DNA of 64,000 nucleotides from Antedon mediterranea. Taxonomy: Eukaryota > Animalia > Echinodermata. Position 1 is the stretch's first letter. The number at the start of each line of letters is the position of its first letter. The translations under genes and the position numbers were made by a program. Location: assembly GCF_964355755.1 (NCBI RefSeq), contig NC_092670.1:20818795-20882794 (forward strand). The letters are read 5' to 3'. A model generated the notes under the pieces. That model saw nothing but the letters and a program-made list of their open reading frames with translations. It had not been told where the DNA came from and did not search any database. Of this stretch, positions 59,801-64,000 are shown one piece after another.

Positions 59801-62694
59801 CCTTTTGATAGTTCCAATTCATTATTATTACATCTACTTTAAGAAAGTTACATATACCAAAAACTTTAAAAAAAACCCCAACAACATTTAGATCTTTAGA
59901 TAGAAGAACAGAGTTCAGGAAAACTGTAAAGTTTACCTAGTTAGGGAAATACCCAAAAACTTTCACTGCTTCTTTTCAAGGAAAATGAATCTTTATTTAC
60001 CTATGGGGATATTCCTCCTGCTGCTCAGCCGGTTTCATTGTGAAAGTAAATTCGACATTGTACTTATTACGCAAATTACTGTAGGCCTTAATTTTTAAAT
60101 TAAGAAAGAATTATTCAATTATTTGTAGCCTTTAGCATTTGCGGTGAAGGTTACAATACTGTACAAAACATTATGTAAGAAATAAATTGAATCAAAACTC
60201 TTCTTTCTTATAGATGATAACAATATAAGAAAATTAGTTTTAAAATAAGATCAGCAAAGTATTACCAACACAAATTATCTAAAATGTTCAACTTTTAAAA
60301 TAGCATTTTACAAAAATAGTGTTTTAATTTAATTTGTCGATTGAAACAAAAAGTGTGGGGAACCATTTTTCAGTCGTCAAAACTAATTATTTGAACATAC
60401 AGTGGGTTTTATAATTAATTTTACTCTATATACATTAGTACTGTACCCCAGCCATTCTTACTTCCTGGATAGATCTTATCCATCTACAGTATTTGAAAAT
60501 TACAGCCTAACTTATGTAAAAATTAATTATTTTATTTCAACCACCTTTAAAGAGGTCAATGCTTCCAGTTTAGCCCAATGGGTTAACTGATATTCAGGGC
60601 CCTCTTTAAAGATATATTGTCCCCCAAAAACATGAAAAATGAAGATTAATTAAATCAGACTTTGAAAGTTAATCACTTCCATTGAAAAAAAAGGAAAACA
60701 ATAATGTTTTCACTTATAAAATGACAAAATAAATTGTTAAATTCATCCAAAAATCCATTGGCAGCCAATTTGACCATTTTTTGCTTTAAATTACATTTTA
60801 TTCGGGTAAATACATTTTTTTAATCATCCAATTTTTGGTCAAAGTGGATAACTATTATATTACAATAAAATGGAATATTTAAAAAAAAATGTTTTAAGAA
60901 TTATTTTTTCAGGAAGACAATACATCTTTAACACAGTAAATACTGTATAGTATAAATATTGTTACTGGTCCTGTAAGTCTAATGTATATAATTATAATAT
61001 AATACAAATACAACAAATACGTTTATTCATCACATCATAATGAAAACAAAATGATACTGTATGTAGTGTTTAAAAAAACCTTAAATGAAATTGGGTCTCA
61101 GGAAACGAAGGAAGTTTGTACGAAATATACCCAAGATTACTTTAAAAATAATTCAAATTGGTTTTCTACTAGTAGTATACTTACACACACACAAAAAGAC
61201 AAAAAGGAGGAAGACCAAAAAATAGACAAGCTAATTATTTACAAACATGTATTCAGTTTTTTTAAATTGCATAGTTTTACTGTGGTAGCTGCAATAAAAT
61301 GTTAATTAGCTCTACACATCTACCTATAACCTGTAATACTAATAGCAAGATTAAAGTATTTCCTATATAAAAAAAAAACAGGAAATGTTATCCGAATATT
61401 ATTTTTCAAAATCCATGCTATTATTAATCTGAAGGAAAAATCTGTTCTGGATAGCAGTAGTGGGAACATACATTTATTGTGATTGACTTACTTCACATCG
61501 TAATTTATTCATACTGTATGATACTGTACAGTACAATTCGTTTAAATTGCATGTTAGTTAACCAGGATTACACATATTAATTTACAGTAATCATTCATAG
61601 GGAAAAGGCTATAGAGGATGGGAATATCCCAGGGAATTTGCAGGGACTTTTGGCTAAAAATAACTTCGAAAGTTGTCGATGGTCTAAAGCTCTGTCTACA
61701 CTATCAAACTATTAGACAAAATAAAGGTATGATGTGCTCAAATACTGTATGGTAGTGATATGCTCAAACATAGTGATATGACATCACAAAGCATATACGG
61801 GCACATTACATTTTTTGTAACATAAAGTTTGATAGTATAGACAGAGCTTAATGTATTAAACTGATTAACCACATGACTTAACATTTTATGATATCTGATA
61901 TCAACCAGCTTCCCAGAAAAATTCATATTCCATCTGGGATTATCCAAGTTTAAATGTAGTAATCCATCTGGGAATATACTCTAGGGAAGATAATAATATT
62001 TTAAATTTAACCCTAAAAATCTTACCTCTTTTTTGGTCCACCTAAGGAGCTTATTATTCCCATCAGCATCATCTCCATCCTGATCATGTGACAACACATG
62101 CACATCTTCATAATGATCATCTTCCTATACAAAAAAAACCAGAAAACATGGTACAGTACTGTGTAAGTGCTTTTGCATTAATTAAAAGCATTACTGCAGT
62201 AATTACAATCTTTTACTGAATTTACATTTCAATTACAGTAGTTATCCTACTTTAAGCTATATATACAGTATTTTTTAATAATCTGTGAATACCATATTAA
62301 AATTCAATATTTACTGCAGTATTTACAGTAAACTAACAATAGCACAGTAGCAATCTTTTTTATACACCTATTTAAACACCAATGAGCAACTTAATATTTT
62401 AATATGAAACCACACTTACCACATAAATGTGAGACAGCAGTAAATAATAATAACTTTATATGTTGTATTACTGTACATAGTACTAAGTTTTAACGATGAA
62501 TAATGTCTGTAATATATTGAAATCATATCCTGATGTAGGCAGATGCTACTAGACAAAACAATTAATTTAGTTTATTTAAAGGATAGTAATTGTTATGTAC
62601 CTGTGTGTCATGTGAATCTAGTCGGTTCCTATTTTCCTGTTTATCCTGTAATGCTGAGTATGTCTCAAAGAAGTTTCCGTCCGCAGCATTGATC
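32605..62694 (-). CDS. BAIAP3: BAI1-associated protein 3 / Munc13-4 (UNC13D)-family vesicle priming factor, C2A-MUN-C2B; at least 1,157 aa, 28 exons traced, start codon not located
   Basis: Exons (high to low): 62694-62601, 62124-62026, 58575-58468, 56914-56852, 56688-56622, 55232-54965, 54517-54473, 54393-54231, 53765-53661, 53276-53062, 52699-52561, 51756-51635, 51104-51014, 49578-49372, 48491-48343, 47964-47841, 47601-47533, 47329-47255, 47118-47017, 46450-46166, 45604-45525, 39131-39065, 34632-34591, 34306-34151, 33911-33791, 33690-33570, 33346-33159, 32714-32605. Phases are all compatible. Motifs: KDPNGFSDPYC, WDHD..NEVSGVKGMQRYFKQI..DDFLG, KHSTSAVD, LCIAINNIEQVR, PLMQYLD, FFNADGKGL, DCNGVSDPFV, GDKKASDFVK. 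Confidence 0.9.
32942..33067 (-). mobile_element. Harbinger-like MITE copy
   Basis: Degenerate TIRs agctttgtc..tatcaaact / tttgatagtgtagacagggct with the shared core. Confidence 0.7.
34813..34951 (-). mobile_element. Harbinger-like MITE copy
   Basis: ctctgtctacactatcag ... aaactagtttgatagtgtagagct. Confidence 0.75.
36992..37130 (+). mobile_element. Harbinger-like MITE copy
   Basis: ctgtctacactatcaaactagtttg ... aagtttgatagtgttgacagagct|taa. Confidence 0.78.
37611..38385. repeat. Intronic tandem repeat, ~134-bp unit, ~5.7 copies
   Basis: The anchor ggtaccaaggctatgaccatt recurs at 37655, 37791, 37925, 38059, ~38193 and ~38325. Confidence 0.9.
39464..39625. repeat. Long imperfect palindrome (~75-bp arms), probably the end of a non-autonomous DNA element
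   Basis: acaaataatgaatgttt...gaatgatgaaaggttatatcaac-tcggctttgcctc-gttgatataacctttcatcattc...aaacattcattatttgt. Confidence 0.85.
39732..40454 (+). CDS. LINE ORF1p (coiled coil plus RRM-like domain), intact, 240 aa
   Basis: Motifs LEQYSRRNSLRIYGVKE, IDRSHRVG, PRAILVKL, IHEDLT. Confidence 0.88.
   Translation: MPSKAVLDVLASAELSKLISDSISTALTGPAFRATMKAILDEVFNEKMEAKLKPLFDRLDQGETRISELEDITKSVPTHNTVISELELKIRRQDSLIDDLEQYSRRNSLRIYGVKESDAENTDNVVSDICNVKLGIKCCIGDIDRSHRVGRKNSDRPRAILVKLVSYNLRNKIITSRKKLKGSGVSIHEDLTKTRSDFLHRVYTHQNVSRSWSSGGRIYATFTNRGTTVTALIKSLDQLG
40600..40900 (+). repeat. ~105-bp tandem repeat (2-3 copies) in the LINE inter-ORF spacer
   Basis: ccttgaa..aactgtattagcatattagtgtatg..aattccgtatttg.atatctgtaccacctttt repeated. 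Confidence 0.8.
41053..44121 (+). pseudogene. LINE ORF2p (APE endonuclease plus reverse transcriptase) with two in-frame premature stops
   Basis: APE motifs SETWL, GGGVGIYV, GDFNID, TLLDHI, TDHLP; RT motifs KAPGLDG, YRPISIL, QFGFR, DLSKAFD, GVPQGSLLGP, YADD. TAA at 43582-43584 and 43915-43917; the same frame continues through HNYNTR and WNKIP to TGA at 44119-44121. Confidence 0.9.
44610..45115 (+). repeat. ~170-bp direct duplication separated by a (TA/TG)n microsatellite
   Basis: atgttctttgcctgatttgtttatat...cagtatatc.ccgggc.gtttagaa at ~44610 and ~44938; microsatellite at 44795-44908. Confidence 0.8.
45908..46099 (+). mobile_element. hAT-like MITE (CAGTGG...ACACTG)
   Basis: TIRs cagtggcttaac / cattacgacactg; homologous to 54703-54886 and a partial copy at 48915-48982. 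Confidence 0.7.
46480..46612 (-). mobile_element. Harbinger-like MITE copy, one end degraded
   Basis: ggacatgatgatgtcatatcactac...aaactagtttgatagtgttgacagagc. Confidence 0.7.
48020..48215 (+). mobile_element. Degenerate 3' end of an RTE-type LINE
   Basis: Relic translation P.QGR..GRP..T.ADQLKEDTG....MQNR, followed by a short gagt-repeat tail. Confidence 0.4.
49014..49308 (+). repeat. 47-bp minisatellite, 6 copies, each carrying a G-quadruplex motif
   Basis: Unit tttcttacattttagggaggggatgggaatgggtgtgtctgtacatg. Confidence 0.93.
50285..50430 (+). mobile_element. Harbinger-like MITE copy
   Basis: agctctgtctac ... aagtttgatagtgtagacag. Confidence 0.75.
51930..52059 (+). mobile_element. Harbinger-like MITE copy
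   Basis: agctctgtctacactaccaaact ... tgatagtgtagaaagag. Confidence 0.7.
52443..52531 (+). mobile_element. Harbinger-like MITE, internally deleted copy
   Basis: ggctctgtctacactacc ... gacagtgtagacagagct|taa. Confidence 0.72.
53385..53610 (+). mobile_element. Older, 5'-truncated copy of the SINE at 58997-59501
   Basis: Shares gagtagggggttacc.c.gtgtactagt and tctttgactgaagaggtcacccagtataa with the full copy. Confidence 0.7.
53661..56688 (-). CDS. BAIAP3: C2A-domain exons of the BAIAP3-like gene
   Basis: LNVTVIAASGLGAKDPNGFSDPYCLLG...TRVINQNLNPKWGESF..FHLEIWDHD...DDFLGSIDIPIKDIPSHGKTDWFKLE. Confidence 0.9.
53800..54200. repeat. Polypyrimidine/polypurine degenerate minisatellite (cttcccacaacctttcctctcc...) filling most of one intron
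   Basis: Visible ~25-30-bp units; source of the low-complexity ORFs in 53643-54215. Confidence 0.88.
54703..54886 (+). mobile_element. hAT-like MITE with 8-bp TSD
   Basis: atctaaag|cagtggcataac ... gttatgacattg|atttaaag (TSD 7/8 identical). Confidence 0.78.
55428..55553 (+). repeat. ~43-bp tandem triplication
   Basis: taaatttgtttgttttagttagacctatagggc present three times. Confidence 0.85.
58997..59501 (+). mobile_element. tRNA-derived SINE with a Deu/Nin-like central domain, interrupted by a MITE
   Basis: A-box tggcagagcgg; B-box ggttcgaggc; core cggataaggactataaaccgtaggtcc...taaagaacc...gagtagggggttaccccggtgt; (caaa)n tail. Confidence 0.8.
59151..59321. mobile_element. TAG...CTA MITE with 9-bp TSD nested in the SINE
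   Basis: gtccagtgt|tagacttgctcca ... tggagcccagacta|gtccagtgt; second, inverted partial copy at 62751-62860. Confidence 0.8.
60610..60927. mobile_element. TTAA-flanked non-autonomous DNA transposon (AG termini, Kolobok-like)
   Basis: ttaa|agatatattgtccccc ... ggaagacaatacatct|ttaa. Confidence 0.75.
61688..61848 (+). mobile_element. Harbinger-like MITE, complete, with TAA TSD
   Basis: taa|agctctgtctacactatcaaact ... agtttgatagtatagacagagct|taa. Confidence 0.82.
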
Positions 62695-62750
62695 CTGTAC
62701 AGTAGGACAAAAACAAATTTGACTTTTAAAATAACTAACAGGGTGTGTCT

Positions 62751-62860
62751 TAGTCTGGGTTCCAGACGGAGTTTTGTCTTAATATTAGTAAAAAGATAAA
62801 TATTTTGGCACATATGGCGTTTCATACGTATACTACTTGATTTTGGATACTCCGTCTGGA
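62751..62860 (-). mobile_element. Partial inverted copy of the TAG...CTA MITE
   Basis: tagtctgggttccagacggagttttgtcttaatattagtaaaa... is the reverse complement of 59215-59321. Confidence 0.75.
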
Positions 62861-63263
62861 GAAACACGCACAAGTCACGTGGTTTGACACCAAGAATTCT
62901 TGGTGCATACGATTATCCGGTTGACTAGTTTCAGCTGCATGCGATTGGCTACTCACTCGTACACTGTTTTAATATTCATATTTCAGAATTTCAAAGACTC
63001 AACAACAAAGATGATGCGCATGCGCTATGTTACATTTAGACAATGTGTACTTGAGTACATTTATGAAAGTTTCTGAAGGCTAGAAATTATTTTATATGCC
63101 TAGTAGTCTGGTAAACATTTGATGGGATTTTTCCCAAGGACATGAAAACTCGTCTTGATATGATAAGCTAGCTTCTCCGCATATCAAACATTGAATGGAT
63201 CATTCATTACGCGGAGATAATTTTGATTTAATTCCCACCCAGACCCTGTCCTGTTCGAATTAC

Positions 63264-63680
63264 CTCCTGTTCTGTGTGGTGGTGGTGTAGCCCTGTTGTT
63301 GTGTGCCGCCGGTGGTGGTATGTAGGCCTACTTTATTGGCGTTTTATTTGGCAGGTCATACGTGCGAATTGAGTAGGACCTACGAAAGAGGCCTAGGCCA
63401 AGGACTAAACAATTAATAAACAAAACAACTTGGCATTACGATTTTATATTTCAACAGTCTCGATCGTACATTCAGCACTGTACGTACTCGATCTTTTTCA
63501 TTTTGAAACAAAATGATCATTGGTTGATTCGAAATCCATATTTACATACCGCCCGCCCCATATAGCCAAATACGGTATGATAAACTACGTCATTCTTATC
63601 GGACGTTTGCGGTCTGCAAATCGATTTCTATACGTGTTTCACAAGTCTGTATTTTCAGACAAAAATCGCGGTCGAAATAA
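63264..63680. promoter_or_regulatory. CpG-enriched candidate promoter and first non-coding exon of the BAIAP3-like gene
   Basis: Local CpG enrichment; GC-box-like ccgcccgccc at ~63549; attggtt (CCAAT on minus) at ~63519; minus-strand donor GAG|gtaatt at 63264. Confidence 0.35.
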
Positions 63681-64000
63681 AAACAAATAAATAAAAAAAA
63701 AGAAGATAATACAGACTTGGGGCAAGTCTAGGTGTGTCTATACAATTTTGAAAGAATCACAACCAGACAGTTTAGGTGGTGAAAAATATGAAAGTCAGCC
63801 TTGCAACACTATTTTAAAACAATGGAACAAAAATATTCTTAGTTTTTGACACAAGTAGTTTAATTGAACTGACTCAAAAAGAAATACAGGTAGGCCTACT
63901 GTGGTTAGGTTAAGGTTTTTTTGAAGTGGTCTTTAATATATCTGTTGTATATATCTATAGATGTAGAGTGAGCTTGTTTCTTTTGTATAAATATATTATA

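Overview
AT-rich, intron-rich animal DNA, probably from a marine invertebrate deuterostome (inferred from a Deu/Nin-domain SINE; not proven). Hand-splicing gives three genes. (1) The signal-peptide start of a minus-strand gene that runs off the left edge. (2) A 21-exon plus-strand adhesion-GPCR-like gene (3287-28722, ~6,356 aa): signal peptide, Thr/Ser/Glu-rich stalk, six-bladed YWTD beta-propeller, short GAIN domain with a non-canonical GPS, a 7TM lacking the TM3-ECL2 cysteine pair, and a single 16.3-kb terminal exon. That exon encodes a ~5,444-aa predicted cytoplasmic tail made of two tandem arrays with about 85 S-P-x-K/R motifs, separated by a unique globular-looking block. This receptor is the standout observation. 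(3) A convergent minus-strand BAIAP3/Munc13-4-family gene (C2A-MUN-C2B; 28 exons traced, start codon not found). Its introns hold a near-complete CR1/L2-group LINE with two nonsense mutations, a tRNA-derived SINE interrupted by a TAG...CTA MITE, several MITE families, G4-motif minisatellites and a tandem array of duplicated splice acceptors. All exon calls are manual (GT-AG plus phase consistency); no database search was run.
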